DNA of 64,000 bases from Candidatus Zhuqueibacterota bacterium (GCA_049322915.1 JBMOPW010000036.1:120431-184430), one strand, 5' to 3'; numbered from the stretch's first letter, positions 1-10,626 are shown. Program-made: numbers and translations. Notes: generated from the sequence alone by a model not told the origin.

Positions 1-420
1 GCTGAAAATTACACCAGTGGCAAAATGGTTCGGGAGGAAGGGCAGACATTGCCCACTGACGAGGCTGTGAGGCGGCAAATTCTGATGCAAATTAACCGCC
101 ATTTCATCCGTGAAATTTCGCCGAGATCCGTTGATGTGAAGCGGGTTGTGGAAAGCGGTCCGACGTTGATTGATAGCGGCGCAGTGTTCGCCAGAAAGGG
201 TGATTGGGGCAAGGCCACGGAAATCTGGGACCAGGCAAAAACAATGTACCCGGCTAATTCCCGCGTGTATTATAATCTCGGTCTGGCCAGTGAGGCTCAG
301 GGCGATTACGAATCCGCAGAGATATACTATCGAAAAGCTGCCCTGCTGAACGCCAAGAGCAAACTTTACCAGAAGGCGATTGAACAGATTCGGGCCAGAT
401 GGATGGACCAGAAAAAATAA
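1..420 (+). CDS. TPR-repeat protein, 5'-truncated at the window edge
   Basis: Frame is open from base 1 and ends in a TPR motif (YYNLGLASEAQGDYESAEIYYRKA). Confidence 0.75.
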   Translation, partial: AENYTSGKMVREEGQTLPTDEAVRRQILMQINRHFIREISPRSVDVKRVVESGPTLIDSGAVFARKGDWGKATEIWDQAKTMYPANSRVYYNLGLASEAQGDYESAEIYYRKAALLNAKSKLYQKAIEQIRARWMDQKK

Positions 421-447
421 TAGTACTCCGAGAGGGAAGGAAAAAAT

Positions 448-1362
448 ATGTCCAAGCATGCGTTTTTATTTCCTGGACAGGCTTCGCAATATGTAGGAAT
501 GGGCAAGGATTTATACGATCAGTTTCCGGTAGCGCGAGAGATTTTTGAGCAGGCAAATGACTTATTAGGATTTGACATAACGACCATTTGTTTCGAAGGT
601 CCTGAAGATAAATTAAAACAGACTGATATTACGCAGCCAGCTATTTTCACTCACAGCGTCATTGTTGCCACGTTATTAGCCGACAAAAACATACAGCCGG
701 ACATGGCCGCCGGTCACAGTTTGGGTGAATATTCGGCGTTGGTGGTTGCCGGCGCCATGACGTTTCAGGATGCCCTGATGGTAGTAAAAAAGCGGGGCGA
801 GCTGATGCAGCACGCCGGAGAAAAACAACCGGGGACCATGGCCGCCATCATTGGACTGGATCGTGAGGTTGTGGAAGACATTTGTACGATTGCGGCATCC
901 GCCGGCATTGTTCAACCTGCAAACTTTAACTCCCCTCAACAAATCGCTATTTCCGGTTCCCTGGAAGGTATTGAAAAAGCGTCGCAATTGGCCCGGGAGA
1001 GAGGCGCGGCAAAGGTTGTTTCGCTTGTCGTCGGTGGGGCGTTTCATTCGCCACTGATGAGCAGCGTTCAGGAACAATTACAATTGGCTCTGGATCAGGT
1101 TCAAATAAATCGTGCAAAGATTCCGGTATATGCCAATGTCACCGCTAAACCGACGCTGGAGGCTGCGGACATTCGGGAGCTTCTTTATAAACAATTGACA
1201 TACCCTGTTCGCTGGGTCGAAACCATCCAGAACATGATTGCCGATGGCGCCACAGACTTTTACGAGGTCGGGCCGGGCAATGTATTATCCGGCTTGCTCA
1301 AACGCATCGACAGAAATTATCGTTCCAAAACATTTGGCAAAGTCGAAGAGATAATGTTTTGA
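448..1362 (+). CDS. fabD: Malonyl-CoA:ACP transacylase
   Basis: FPGQASQYVGMG, GHSLGEY catalytic motif, GAFHSPLM; first gene of the fab cluster. Confidence 0.97.
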   Translation: MSKHAFLFPGQASQYVGMGKDLYDQFPVAREIFEQANDLLGFDITTICFEGPEDKLKQTDITQPAIFTHSVIVATLLADKNIQPDMAAGHSLGEYSALVVAGAMTFQDALMVVKKRGELMQHAGEKQPGTMAAIIGLDREVVEDICTIAASAGIVQPANFNSPQQIAISGSLEGIEKASQLARERGAAKVVSLVVGGAFHSPLMSSVQEQLQLALDQVQINRAKIPVYANVTAKPTLEAADIRELLYKQLTYPVRWVETIQNMIADGATDFYEVGPGNVLSGLLKRIDRNYRSKTFGKVEEIMF

Positions 1363-1381
1363 AACTAACAATGAGGGATGA

Positions 1382-2116
1382 ATGGAAAGAAAAGTTGCAG
1401 TTGTTACAGGTTCTGCCAGAGGCATTGGAAAGGCGATCGCACAAAAATTAGCGCAGCTGAATTTTGATATCGTGATTTGTGATGTGGATGAAAATGCAAT
1501 CAGTGCAACAACGTCGGAAATTGAAGGCCTCGGTGTAAAAGCCATCGGACGGAGAGTGAATGTCACCAATACAGAGGAGGTCGAGCAGCTATTCGAAGAA
1601 GCGAAGACCGTCTTCGGCCATATTGATGTGCTGGTGAACAATGCCGGCATCACCCGGGATAACCTGCTCGTTCGCATGAAAGATGACGAGTGGGATTCTG
1701 TCATCTCCGTGAATTTGAAGGGCAGCTTCAACTGCCTCAGAGCGGCGGCAAAAATAATGATGCGGCAGCGCAGCGGTAAAATTGTCAATATCGCCTCAGT
1801 GGTCGGCGTGATGGGCAATGCCAGTCAGGCGAATTATTCGGCTTCGAAGGGCGGACTCATCAGCCTCACCAAAAGCGCAGCCAAAGAATTGGCGACTCGC
1901 GGCATTACCGTCAATGCTGTGGCTCCGGGCTACATTGAAACCGAAATGACAAAGAATTTACCCGACGCTGTGAAAGAGGCATTTATGAATGTAATCCCTC
2001 TGAAGCGGCCGGGTCAGGCAGAGGATGTGGCCAATGTTGTCGGATTTCTGGTTTCCCCGGATGCGGATTACGTCACCGGCCAGGTGCTTCATGTCGACGG
2101 CGGCATGGTCATGTAG
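1382..2116 (+). CDS. fabG: 3-oxoacyl-ACP reductase
   Basis: TGSARGIG, NNAGITRD and YSASK short-chain dehydrogenase motifs; fab context. Confidence 0.97.
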   Translation: MERKVAVVTGSARGIGKAIAQKLAQLNFDIVICDVDENAISATTSEIEGLGVKAIGRRVNVTNTEEVEQLFEEAKTVFGHIDVLVNNAGITRDNLLVRMKDDEWDSVISVNLKGSFNCLRAAAKIMMRQRSGKIVNIASVVGVMGNASQANYSASKGGLISLTKSAAKELATRGITVNAVAPGYIETEMTKNLPDAVKEAFMNVIPLKRPGQAEDVANVVGFLVSPDADYVTGQVLHVDGGMVM

Positions 2117-2200
2117 TTGTTCTAATTAGAATTCAAGGCGTGGTTTTTTTTATATATTAAAAAAATTCCAACAGAAAAATTGTAAGGAGGTGAAAAGTTA

Positions 2201-2440
2201 ATGTCCATTGAACAAAAAGTAAAAGATATTATCGTCGATCAATTAGGTGTTGATCCAAGTGAGGTCACTGAACAGGCTCATTTCATCGAAGATTTAGGCG
2301 CTGATTCGCTGGACACCGTCGAATTGGTCATGGCGTTTGAGGATGAATTCAAAGTTGAAATTCCTGATGAAGACGCTGAAAAGATTACCACAGTTGGTTC
2401 GGCAATTGAATACTTGAAAACGAAAGCAAGTGATAAATAA
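2201..2440 (+). CDS. acpP: Acyl carrier protein
   Basis: [14 protein letters not shown] phosphopantetheine site; AAGGAGG ribosome-binding site. Confidence 0.98.
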   Translation: MSIEQKVKDIIVDQLGVDPSEVTEQAHFIEDLGADSLDTVELVMAFEDEFKVEIPDEDAEKITTVGSAIEYLKTKASDK

Positions 2441-2448
2441 ACAAAAAA

Positions 2449-2486
2449 GTTAAGTCCTGTCAATCGGCAGGACTTAACCTGTTTTT
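2449..2486 (+). terminator. Intrinsic terminator/attenuator after acpP
   Basis: GTTAAGTCCTGTC-aatc-GGCAGGACTTAAC stem followed by a T-run. Confidence 0.75.
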
Positions 2487-2676
2487 GACAGAGGTATTCA
2501 GGGAATCGACAAGCATCCGTTCCGCTCGAAGAACGAATACTTCCCGGAAATTCTTAGCGGATGCTACGCACGAGGCAGCCAGCATTTAGAATCTCGACCG
2601 ATTCCGCCGAAGGAAACGAGGAGTTATCTGATTTAAATCTATCGTTACACTGGTCAAATTTCGAGGAAACGTTTGT

Positions 2677-3918
2677 ATGAAAAAAAGAGTTCTGGTAACT
2701 GGAATGGGAATCATGAGTCCAGTGGGGCATACAATTGATGAATATTGGAATGCTCTCATCAGTGGGAAGAGCGGTGTGGATTATATTAAAAGCTTTGATG
2801 CCAGCAATTTCGACACGACATTTGCTGCAGAAATTAAAAATTTCGACGTTTCGATGTATCTCGATAAAAAAGAGGCGCGTCGAATGGATACCTTCACCCA
2901 ATATGCAGTCGTCGCAGCTCAATTGGCCGTACAGAATACCGGACTCAATTTAGAAAAAGAAAATCTTGAGCGCATTGGTGTCATCCTGGGCTCGGGAATT
3001 GGGGGAATGGATACCTTTGAACGGGAATATGCCAATTATTTTGAACGCGGTCCCAGAAAAATCAGCCCGTTCTTCATTCCAATGATGATTCCGGATATCG
3101 CTCCCGGTTACATCAGCATTCGATATGGTTTCAAAGGACCAAATTATTCCACCATCTCTGCCTGCGCTTCCAGCTCGCACGCCATTGGAAGTGCGTTCCG
3201 CACCATTCAGTACGGGGAGGCGGATGTCATGGTGACCGGCGGTTCTGAAGCCACAGTGACGCCCATGGGCGTTGGCGGTTTCAATGCATTGAAAGCCCTG
3301 TCCACACGAAATGACAATCCGCAGAAAGCCAGTCGTCCTTTTGACGCCGAGCGGGATGGATTTGTCATCGGCGAAGGGGCTGGCATTTTAATCCTGGAGT
3401 CGGAAGAACATGCCCTCAACCGGGGAGCAACCATCTATGGAGAGATCATTGGCGTTGCATACACAGGAGATGCTTATCACATCACAGCGCCACCGCCGGA
3501 TGCAAACGGCGCTGAGCGCGTCATGCGAAATGCGCTGATAGATGCCGGCATCACCATCAACGACGTTGATTATATCAATGCCCATGGCACATCGACGCTG
3601 CCCAATGATAAAATCGAAACGCTCGCGATCAAAAAAGTGTTTGGAGAACGCGCAAGAAAAATCCCCATCAGTTCCACCAAATCCATGATCGGTCATTTGC
3701 TGGGAGCATCGGGGAGCCTGGAACTCATTGCATCGATCCTGACAACGAAGTTTGATAAAATTCACCCGACGATGAATTACGAAAACCCGGATCCAGAGTG
3801 CGACCTGGATTATACGCCGAATAAAGCGATCGATCGGACAGTACACATCGCAATATCCAATTCGTTTGGGTTTGGCGGGCACAATGTCTGTCTCGTCGTA
3901 AAAAAATACACATCCTAA
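2677..3918 (+). CDS. fabF: Beta-ketoacyl-ACP synthase II
   Basis: SACASS, YINAHGTST, KSMIGHLLGA and SNSFGFGG motifs. Confidence 0.97.
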   Translation: MKKRVLVTGMGIMSPVGHTIDEYWNALISGKSGVDYIKSFDASNFDTTFAAEIKNFDVSMYLDKKEARRMDTFTQYAVVAAQLAVQNTGLNLEKENLERIGVILGSGIGGMDTFEREYANYFERGPRKISPFFIPMMIPDIAPGYISIRYGFKGPNYSTISACASSSHAIGSAFRTIQYGEADVMVTGGSEATVTPMGVGGFNALKALSTRNDNPQKASRPFDAERDGFVIGEGAGILILESEEHALNRGATIYGEIIGVAYTGDAYHITAPPPDANGAERVMRNALIDAGITINDVDYINAHGTSTLPNDKIETLAIKKVFGERARKIPISSTKSMIGHLLGASGSLELIASILTTKFDKIHPTMNYENPDPECDLDYTPNKAIDRTVHIAISNSFGFGGHNVCLVVKKYTS

Positions 3919-3941
3919 AAGAACTTCAACATTGACCTGTT

Positions 3942-4703
3942 ATGTTAGAAAAAATTTCCACCCTTTTTTCACGAATAATTCGGCGACACTCTAAAAACGG
4001 TTATTTATCTGAAAATGATATTTTGCAGATCGAGGCACGGCTCAATTACCAGTTCAAAAATAAGAGCTTAATCATTCAGGCCTTGAAACATCGCTCATTT
4101 CTATCCGTTTCGAACGAATCCAGGCTATTGTCGAATGAACGGTTGGAGTTGTTGGGCGATTCTGTGATAGGCATGGTGGTCACCGAGTTCCTCTATAAAA
4201 AGTATCCCATCAAAGAAGAGGGGGAGCTAACTTCAATCAAATCCTTGTTGGTCAGCCGAAAGATTCTGGCCAGGATCGCCAAGAATATCGGTGTCGGCGA
4301 TGCCATGTTGCTCAATGAGGCGGAAGAACGGGCCGGGGGACGAAATCGGGCTTCAATATTGGCCGATGCCATCGAGGCGGTCATTGGCGCCATTTACCTG
4401 GATGGTGGACTGGATACGGTTGTTGCTTTCATAAATGATAAATTGTTGGTTCAATGCGATGAAATTATAACTGCTGATCATAATAAAAATTTCAAGAGCA
4501 TGTTGTTGGAATATTCACAGAGTAAAAATATGGGCCTCCCGCAGTACATTGTCAAAAACGAAGAAGGTCCGGATCACGATAAAGTATTCACCATCGAGGT
4601 GTTGATCAATAATCAGGTTTTAGGTTTAGGAAAAGGGAATAGCAAGAAGCGAGCAGAGCAAATGTCTGCCAAAAACGCGCTTAAAAAATTGAATCTAATT
4701 TGA
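3942..4703 (+). CDS. rnc: Ribonuclease III
   Basis: NERLELLGDSV signature, ADAIEAVIGAIYLD, C-terminal dsRNA-binding domain (GPDHDKVF). Confidence 0.97.
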   Translation: MLEKISTLFSRIIRRHSKNGYLSENDILQIEARLNYQFKNKSLIIQALKHRSFLSVSNESRLLSNERLELLGDSVIGMVVTEFLYKKYPIKEEGELTSIKSLLVSRKILARIAKNIGVGDAMLLNEAEERAGGRNRASILADAIEAVIGAIYLDGGLDTVVAFINDKLLVQCDEIITADHNKNFKSMLLEYSQSKNMGLPQYIVKNEEGPDHDKVFTIEVLINNQVLGLGKGNSKKRAEQMSAKNALKKLNLI

Positions 4704-4720
4704 CCGCTTGGAGGAAAAAT

Positions 4721-5884
4721 ATGAACTATTTTTTCACTGAAGAACAGAGAGAGTTGCAGAAGTTAGCTCGGAAAGTAGCTGAAGAAAAAGTAAAACCGGT
4801 GGCAGCTTATTATGATCAGCACGAAGAATTCCCGTGGGAGTTAGTCAAATTGTTCGCTGAGTTGGACTTTTTCAGACTCTGCATTGAAGAAGAGTACGGC
4901 GGTATGGGAGGCGGCGTTACAGAATTGGCAATTATCACAGAGGAACTGTCTCGCGCATGCGGAGGAATTTCACTGTCCGTCGCTGCATCAGCACTGGGGA
5001 TGTTCCCGATCATCATTAGCGGCACCCCGGAGCAGAAACAAAAATATCTCCCGGATCTGGCGGATGGCAAGCATTTAGCCGGATTTTGTCTCACAGAACC
5101 GGAAGCTGGCTCGGATGCCGGCGCGATTAAGACTCGTGCCGTGCTCGATGGTGACCATTATATATTAAATGGGAAAAAACATTTCATCACCAATGGCAGC
5201 GTGGCCAAGGTGTATACCGTAATCGCTTCAACCGATCCCTCCAAGGGAAGTCGCGGAGCAACGGCCTTTATCGTAGAAGAAGGATTCCAGGGCCTGTCCT
5301 ATGGTAAAAAAGAGGACAAAATGGGAATCCGCGCGTCGGCGACCAGCGAAGTAATTTTTGAAGATTGTCGCGTGCCGGTTGCCAATAGAATTGGCGCAGA
5401 AGGTCAGGGTTTCATCGTCGCCATGAAAACTCTGGATAAATCAAGACCTGGCGTTGCAGCCCAGGCTCTGGGTATCGCTCAGGGCGCCTATGATCTGGCT
5501 GTAGAATACTCCCGACAGCGCGAGCAGTTTGGTCAGTCCATTGTTTCATTCCAGGCGATTCAATTCATGCTCGCCGATATGGCAATCCAAATCGAAGCGG
5601 CACGTTCGCTCATCTATGCCACAGCGAGAATGATTGACTCGGGTGAAAAAAATATCGCCAAAGAATCCGCGATGTGCAAAGTCATGGCATCCGATGTTGC
5701 TATGAAGGTAGCCACCGATGCAGTGCAGATTTTCGGTGGTTATGGTTACATGAAAGATTATCCCATCGAGAAGTTCATGCGCGATGCGAAAATTACCCAG
5801 ATTTATGAAGGAACAAACCAGATTCAGCGCCTGGTGATCGCACGCAATATCATCAGAGAAGGAGCCAGTGTCGCGAAGAAGTAG
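4721..5884 (+). CDS. Acyl-CoA dehydrogenase (butyryl/short-chain type)
   Basis: FCLTEPEAGSD, RQREQFG, QIFGGYGY, IYEGTNQIQR; ATG at 4721 has a GAGGA ribosome-binding site. Confidence 0.93.
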   Translation: MNYFFTEEQRELQKLARKVAEEKVKPVAAYYDQHEEFPWELVKLFAELDFFRLCIEEEYGGMGGGVTELAIITEELSRACGGISLSVAASALGMFPIIISGTPEQKQKYLPDLADGKHLAGFCLTEPEAGSDAGAIKTRAVLDGDHYILNGKKHFITNGSVAKVYTVIASTDPSKGSRGATAFIVEEGFQGLSYGKKEDKMGIRASATSEVIFEDCRVPVANRIGAEGQGFIVAMKTLDKSRPGVAAQALGIAQGAYDLAVEYSRQREQFGQSIVSFQAIQFMLADMAIQIEAARSLIYATARMIDSGEKNIAKESAMCKVMASDVAMKVATDAVQIFGGYGYMKDYPIEKFMRDAKITQIYEGTNQIQRLVIARNIIREGASVAKK

Positions 5885-5910
5885 GTAGCATCATCCCGAG
5901 AATTGCCAAC

Positions 5911-5948
5911 AAGCCCTGGAATAATTGTTCGATTATCCAGGGCTTTTT
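5911..5948 (+). terminator. Intrinsic terminator
   Basis: AAGCCCTGGA...TCCAGGGCTTTTT hairpin with T-tract. Confidence 0.8.
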
Positions 5949-6151
5949 ATGCGGGATAGACGAACGCCGGTGCACCGTTGAGAGCGTTGAAAGAATCTTG
6001 AACTCACCTCTGTGATATAATATTCTTATCAAATATGTAATTTTTTGCTTGATTTAATGAAATAAATTTATTAGTTTTATTCTGTCACCTGAGCACCGAT
6101 TTGGACTAATGACGGCGCTCAGTTTGACAGGGATTTTTAAACAAATTTTGC

Positions 6152-6180
6152 TTGCATATCTCGAATCAAATTCTTATATT
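6152..6180 (+). promoter_or_regulatory. Sigma70-type promoter of the ffh operon
   Basis: TTGCAT-N17-TATATT. Confidence 0.55.
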
Positions 6181-6251
6181 TATCGATTTATTTTCCGAAC
6201 GTTTTCGACTGATTGTCCTGAATACAGAACAACGGAAGTGGACAAAGTGCG

Positions 6252-7568
6252 ATGTTCCAAGATTTGACTGATAAGTTGGAAGTTGTTTTAAAGAAGCTGA
6301 AGGGGCACGGAAAGCTCACTGAAAAAAATATCGCGGAATCATTGAAAGAAGTGAGACGCGTTCTTTTGGAAGCTGACGTGAATTTTAAAGTCGCCAAGTC
6401 GTTCATTTCAGCGGTTCAGGAAAAAGCGTTAGGTCAAGCGGTTTTAAAAAGTATTACCCCGGGGCAGCAGATTGTGAAGATCATTCATGATGAATTGACT
6501 CACATCATGGGAGAGTCTGAAGCTGCGGTAAATTTATCCGGCGCATTTCCTGCTGTGATCATGTTGTGCGGATTGCAGGGGTCTGGCAAAACAACCCTAG
6601 CAGGAAAATTAGCAAGACATTTCTCGAACCAGGGAAAAAAACCGGTATTAGCAGCGGCTGATATTTACAGGCCGGCTGCCCAGAAACAGTTGGAAATTGT
6701 AGCGGAACAAATCGGAACGCCTGTCATTTCCGAGGCATCCAATTCTGCAGTGAACATCTGTAAAAGCGCGGTTGATTATGCCCGTTCGAATGGCTACGAT
6801 CTGGTGATACTGGATACAGCAGGTCGCTTGCATATTGATCAGCAGATGATGCAGGAGTTGCTGGATATAAAACAGCAGACAAAGCCGCAGGAAATTCTGT
6901 TCGTGGCAGATGGCATGACAGGCCAGGATGCCGTGAATACTGCCAAGGAGTTTCTGAACTGGCTGGAGTTCGATGGAGTGGTGCTCACCAAAATGGATGG
7001 GGATGCGCGCGGCGGTGCTGCCTTGTCCATTCGAACGGTGACGCAGAAGCCAATCAAGTTTATCAGTATTGGTGAAAAGCTGGATGCACTGGAGTCGTTT
7101 CACCCTGAACGGATGGCATCCCGAATTTTAGGGATGGGCGATATTGTAACCCTGGTGGAAAAAGCCCAGCAAACGGTCGACCGTGAACAGGCTGAAAAAT
7201 TAGAACGTAAGCTGCGACGACAGGAATTCACGTTGCAGGATTTTTACGACCAGTTGCAACAAATAAAAAAAATGGGACCGCTGGATCAGCTTATAGGAAT
7301 GCTCCCGGGTGCAAGAAGCTCCATGCTCAAAGGCTTGAAAGTGGATGATCATTCGTTCGTTAAAATTGAAGCGATGATCAATTCCATGACGCCGGAAGAA
7401 CGTCAGCGCCCTCAAATCATTAATGGGAGTCGCAGGAAAAGAATCTCCATGGGTAGTGGCACGCAAGTGCAGGATGTCAATCAGCTTCTGAAGCAATTTC
7501 AGATGATGCAAAAGATGATGAAGAATATTAACAAAGTTGGATTTAAAGGTCTTCCGTTTCGGTTCTAA
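6252..7568 (+). CDS. ffh: Signal recognition particle protein
   Basis: GLQGSGKTT, DTAGR, TKMDGDARGG and a Met-rich M domain. Confidence 0.98.
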   Translation: MFQDLTDKLEVVLKKLKGHGKLTEKNIAESLKEVRRVLLEADVNFKVAKSFISAVQEKALGQAVLKSITPGQQIVKIIHDELTHIMGESEAAVNLSGAFPAVIMLCGLQGSGKTTLAGKLARHFSNQGKKPVLAAADIYRPAAQKQLEIVAEQIGTPVISEASNSAVNICKSAVDYARSNGYDLVILDTAGRLHIDQQMMQELLDIKQQTKPQEILFVADGMTGQDAVNTAKEFLNWLEFDGVVLTKMDGDARGGAALSIRTVTQKPIKFISIGEKLDALESFHPERMASRILGMGDIVTLVEKAQQTVDREQAEKLERKLRRQEFTLQDFYDQLQQIKKMGPLDQLIGMLPGARSSMLKGLKVDDHSFVKIEAMINSMTPEERQRPQIINGSRRKRISMGSGTQVQDVNQLLKQFQMMQKMMKNINKVGFKGLPFRF

Positions 7569-7606
7569 AGAAACGGAAAATAATTTTGAATTAGGAGGTA
7601 TGTGAA

Positions 7607-8074
7607 TTGTCAGTAAAATTACGTCTAACTCGCGCCGGAAAAAAGAAACAACCGTTTTATAGAATAGTAGCCATTGACTCTCGGAATAGACGGGATGGAA
7701 AATGTATTGAAAAGATTGGGCACTATAATCCATTACCAGATCCGGTAGAACTGCTTATTAATGAAGAAAAGGCATTGCAATGGCTGAATCGCGGTGCCAT
7801 CCCTTCGGACACTGTCCGAAATTTACTGAGCAAGCAGGGTATCATGCTCAAATGGGATTTAATGAAGAGAGGCTATGATGAAGCACGTATCAATGAAGAA
7901 TTCAAGAAGTGGGAAGTGCTTCAGCTAGAGCAGAAGAAAAAGGCAGAAGCTCTGGCCGCTCAATCAAAACGCGAAACGGATGATAAGAAAACAGAAGTGA
8001 AAAAAGAAGCAGAAGCTGAACCTGCCCCTGTGGCCGAACCTGAAGTCCCAGTCGAAGGTAATGCAACTGTTTAA
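7607..8074 (+). CDS. rpsP: 30S ribosomal protein S16 with C-terminal extension
   Basis: [19 protein letters not shown]...IGHYNP; TTG start after AGGAGG. Confidence 0.96.
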   Translation: MSVKLRLTRAGKKKQPFYRIVAIDSRNRRDGKCIEKIGHYNPLPDPVELLINEEKALQWLNRGAIPSDTVRNLLSKQGIMLKWDLMKRGYDEARINEEFKKWEVLQLEQKKKAEALAAQSKRETDDKKTEVKKEAEAEPAPVAEPEVPVEGNATV

Positions 8075-8325
8075 GAATCTCCAACAGTTGCGACGAATGA
8101 AGCCATCGAAAATCGAATGAGTTGATGCTCCAGTATTTTAGAATTCGTTTGAGTTGGAATGTCCTGGGGGTTACTTTAAATGCGACAGAATTCGTAGAAT
8201 TCAATGCTGTGTTGTACATATAAATAAATAGCACCTGATCGTGGCCGGTTTCACATCTCGCACCTATAATCAGGAGGGGTATTGTGTACGGACGCTGTTG
8301 AGCACATGGTATAGGAGGTTCAGAA

Positions 8326-8556
8326 ATGAAAGAATTCATCGAGTACATCGCAAAGCATTTAGTCGACAAACCGGACGAAGTCATCGTTAACGAAATTGAT
8401 GGCGAACGAACTGTAGTCTACGAATTACGAGTCGGCTTTGGTGACCTGGGAAAAGTAATTGGAAAAAGGGGACAGACAGCGAAATCCATTCGAATTCTGT
8501 TGGCTGCGGCTTCAGCAAAAAGAGGAAAGCGAGCAGTTCTGGAGATCCTTGAATAA
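8326..8556 (+). CDS. khpA: KH-domain RNA-binding protein
   Basis: [19 protein letters not shown] motif; usual position between rpsP and rimM. Confidence 0.93.
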   Translation: MKEFIEYIAKHLVDKPDEVIVNEIDGERTVVYELRVGFGDLGKVIGKRGQTAKSIRILLAAASAKRGKRAVLEILE

Positions 8557-8625
8557 CTCTTCGACAAGGTTTCGCTTTGTTGAAGAAAATAGCGTAACAA
8601 GGGAGCTGTTGTTATACAGAGTTTC

Positions 8626-9141
8626 ATGAAAAAACGTCCTGATTTTATTTCCATTGGTGTCATCTCGAACGCGCATGGTATCAAAGGCGAGATGGTTGTA
8701 AAACCATTCACAGATGAGTTGCAGCAATTTGAGAAACGACATGAAGTATTTGTGACACGTCCCGGTGGGCAACGCGAAACCATGACCAGCGAGACAGGCA
8801 AAGTTCTCAAAGATAAGGTCATTGTCAGATTCGCTGGAATAACAACCCGGGACGAGGCCTTGGCTCTCAAAGGCGCTTTCATTGAAAAGCGAATTCAGGA
8901 CTGTGAATCTCTACCATCTGATGAATTCTATATCTTTGATCTTATCGGTTTGGAAGTATACACCACTCAAGACAAATATCTGGGTGAACTCGCTGATGTT
9001 TTAACTTTGACTGCCAATGATGTTTACGTGGTTCATAACGGCGAAAACGAGTTGTTAATACCGGCAATCAAAGATGTAGTAAAAAGCATCGACCTGAGAC
9101 GAGGAGTTGTCATCATCGAACCGATTGATGGATTGCTATAA
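8626..9141 (+). CDS. rimM: 16S rRNA processing protein
   Basis: IGVISNAHGIKGE, EFYIFDLIG, ANDVYVV, LLIPAI. Confidence 0.96.
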   Translation: MKKRPDFISIGVISNAHGIKGEMVVKPFTDELQQFEKRHEVFVTRPGGQRETMTSETGKVLKDKVIVRFAGITTRDEALALKGAFIEKRIQDCESLPSDEFYIFDLIGLEVYTTQDKYLGELADVLTLTANDVYVVHNGENELLIPAIKDVVKSIDLRRGVVIIEPIDGLL

Positions 9142-9221
9142 CCGTTATGGCTCGCTGTGAAGATGTTTTTTATTGAACGAGTATGATTTCGAAATAAAGT
9201 GAAAGACTTTTTCGTCTGTAA

Positions 9222-9947
9222 ATGAAAATTCATATTATTACAGCCTTTCCCAACTTGCTCAATGGACCGTTGGACGAGAGCATTATCAAGCGAGGGCGGG
9301 AAAAAAAGTTCATTGAAATTTTTATACATGATTTAAGACTCTATAGTTCGGATAAACACCACAGGGTCGATGATTATCCCTATGGTGGTGGTCCCGGAAT
9401 GATTTTAAAGCCGGAACCTATTTTTGCCTGTCTTGAATCGTTATTAGAGATATATAAAATTGAGGATCCCCATTTAATTTTCCTCACACCTCAGGGCAAA
9501 ACATTTCATCAGACCAAAGCAATTGAGTTGTCTCAGAAGAATGAATTGATTTTTCTCTGCGGTCACTATAAAGGTGTGGATGAACGGGTACGGGAATATT
9601 GGAAATTTGATGAAATCTCGATAGGGGATTATGTTCTAACCGGCGGAGAACTGCCGGCACTGGTCGTCATTGATGCGGTGATCCGTCTGATTCCGGGCGT
9701 GATAAGTGATATCAATTCTGCAAAGACCGATTCGTTCTATCAGAATCGGCTGGATTGTCCTTATTACACCCGCCCTGAAGAGTTCAGGGGAATGCGCGTT
9801 CCTGACGTCCTTTTGTCAGGGCATCATGCTCAGATAAATGAATGGCGAGAGCAGGAATCTCTCAAGAGAACTCAATTGGTCCGAAATGACCTTTTGGAAA
9901 ACACGATAGAAACTAAAGATGGTAGTTTTGGAGATAAAAAAGAATAA
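9222..9947 (+). CDS. trmD: tRNA (guanine-N1)-methyltransferase
   Basis: VDDYPYGGGPGM, CGHYKGVDERV, SIGDYVLTGGE. Confidence 0.97.
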   Translation: MKIHIITAFPNLLNGPLDESIIKRGREKKFIEIFIHDLRLYSSDKHHRVDDYPYGGGPGMILKPEPIFACLESLLEIYKIEDPHLIFLTPQGKTFHQTKAIELSQKNELIFLCGHYKGVDERVREYWKFDEISIGDYVLTGGELPALVVIDAVIRLIPGVISDINSAKTDSFYQNRLDCPYYTRPEEFRGMRVPDVLLSGHHAQINEWREQESLKRTQLVRNDLLENTIETKDGSFGDKKE

Positions 9948-9962
9948 TGAGGAGGTTGTTTA

Positions 9963-10304
9963 ATGAATAAGGTGGATATGGCTGTTGCGAACCAGGTGCG
10001 TACGGATTTACCTGACTTCAGGCCTGGTGATACGGTGCAAGTTCATGTGAAAGTGATTGAAGGGGATAAGGAACGTATTCAGGTTTTCGAAGGAATTGTG
10101 ATCAAACGAAAAGGGAAAGGCATGAATGCCACATTTACCGTCCGAAAAATTTCTGAGGGTATTGGCGTCGAGCGTATTTTCCCATTACATTCGCCCAGAA
10201 TTTCTGAGATTAAGCGTCTTAAAGCGGGTCGTGTGAGACGAGCGAAATTGTACTACCTCCGCGGCTTGCGAGGGAAAGCAGCGCGCATCGATGAAAAACG
10301 CTAA
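9963..10304 (+). CDS. rplS: 50S ribosomal protein L19
   Basis: [24 protein letters not shown]. Confidence 0.98.
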   Translation: MNKVDMAVANQVRTDLPDFRPGDTVQVHVKVIEGDKERIQVFEGIVIKRKGKGMNATFTVRKISEGIGVERIFPLHSPRISEIKRLKAGRVRRAKLYYLRGLRGKAARIDEKR

Positions 10305-10339
10305 TTGCGTCTCTGTGAATTTAGAGCATTCAAATTATG

Positions 10340-10372
10340 AAACCGTTGTCGAGTACTCGATCGCGGTTTTTT
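10340..10372 (+). terminator. Terminator after rplS
   Basis: AAACCG-ttg-TCGAGTACTCGA-tcg-CGGTTTTTT hairpin with T-tract. Confidence 0.65.
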
Positions 10373-10482
10373 AATTGAAATTCATTTGAGTTTTCATGAT
10401 GCAAATCCGGATACATGAAGCCATGACACAACTGGATCCGATGAATACACAATGATGGGTTAAATCCCTGCCAAATAAACTG

Positions 10483-10511
10483 TTGACTTTTGATATAAGA
10501 TTTCTTATATT
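10483..10511 (+). promoter_or_regulatory. Sigma70-type promoter of the tRNA
   Basis: TTGACT-N17-TATATT, 33 bp upstream of the tRNA. Confidence 0.7.
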
Positions 10512-10544
10512 TTGGGCCGTTAAAATCAACAGCCCATTCACTTT

Positions 10545-10617
10545 GGACCCATAGCTCAGTTGGTAGAGCAGCGGACTCATAATCCGTTAGTCGTAGGTTC
10601 GAGTCCTACTGGGTCCA
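10545..10617 (+). tRNA. tRNA with CAT anticodon, most likely tRNA-Ile2 (lysidine); CCA end not encoded
   Basis: GGACCCA/TGGGTCC acceptor stem, D-arm AGCTCAGTTGGTAGAGC, anticodon loop CT-CAT-AA, T-loop TTCGAGT. The GG start and A37-A38 resemble Ile2 rather than initiator or elongator Met. Confidence 0.93.
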
Positions 10618-10626
10618 CAAAATTTG

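Noticed and set aside
5950..6250. SRP RNA upstream of ffh
   Set aside because: No SRP helix-8 motif; the region is AT-rich promoter DNA.
10590..10620. tRNA 3' end as an attL site of an integrated island
   Set aside because: I found no duplicated tRNA 3' end and no integrase in the window.
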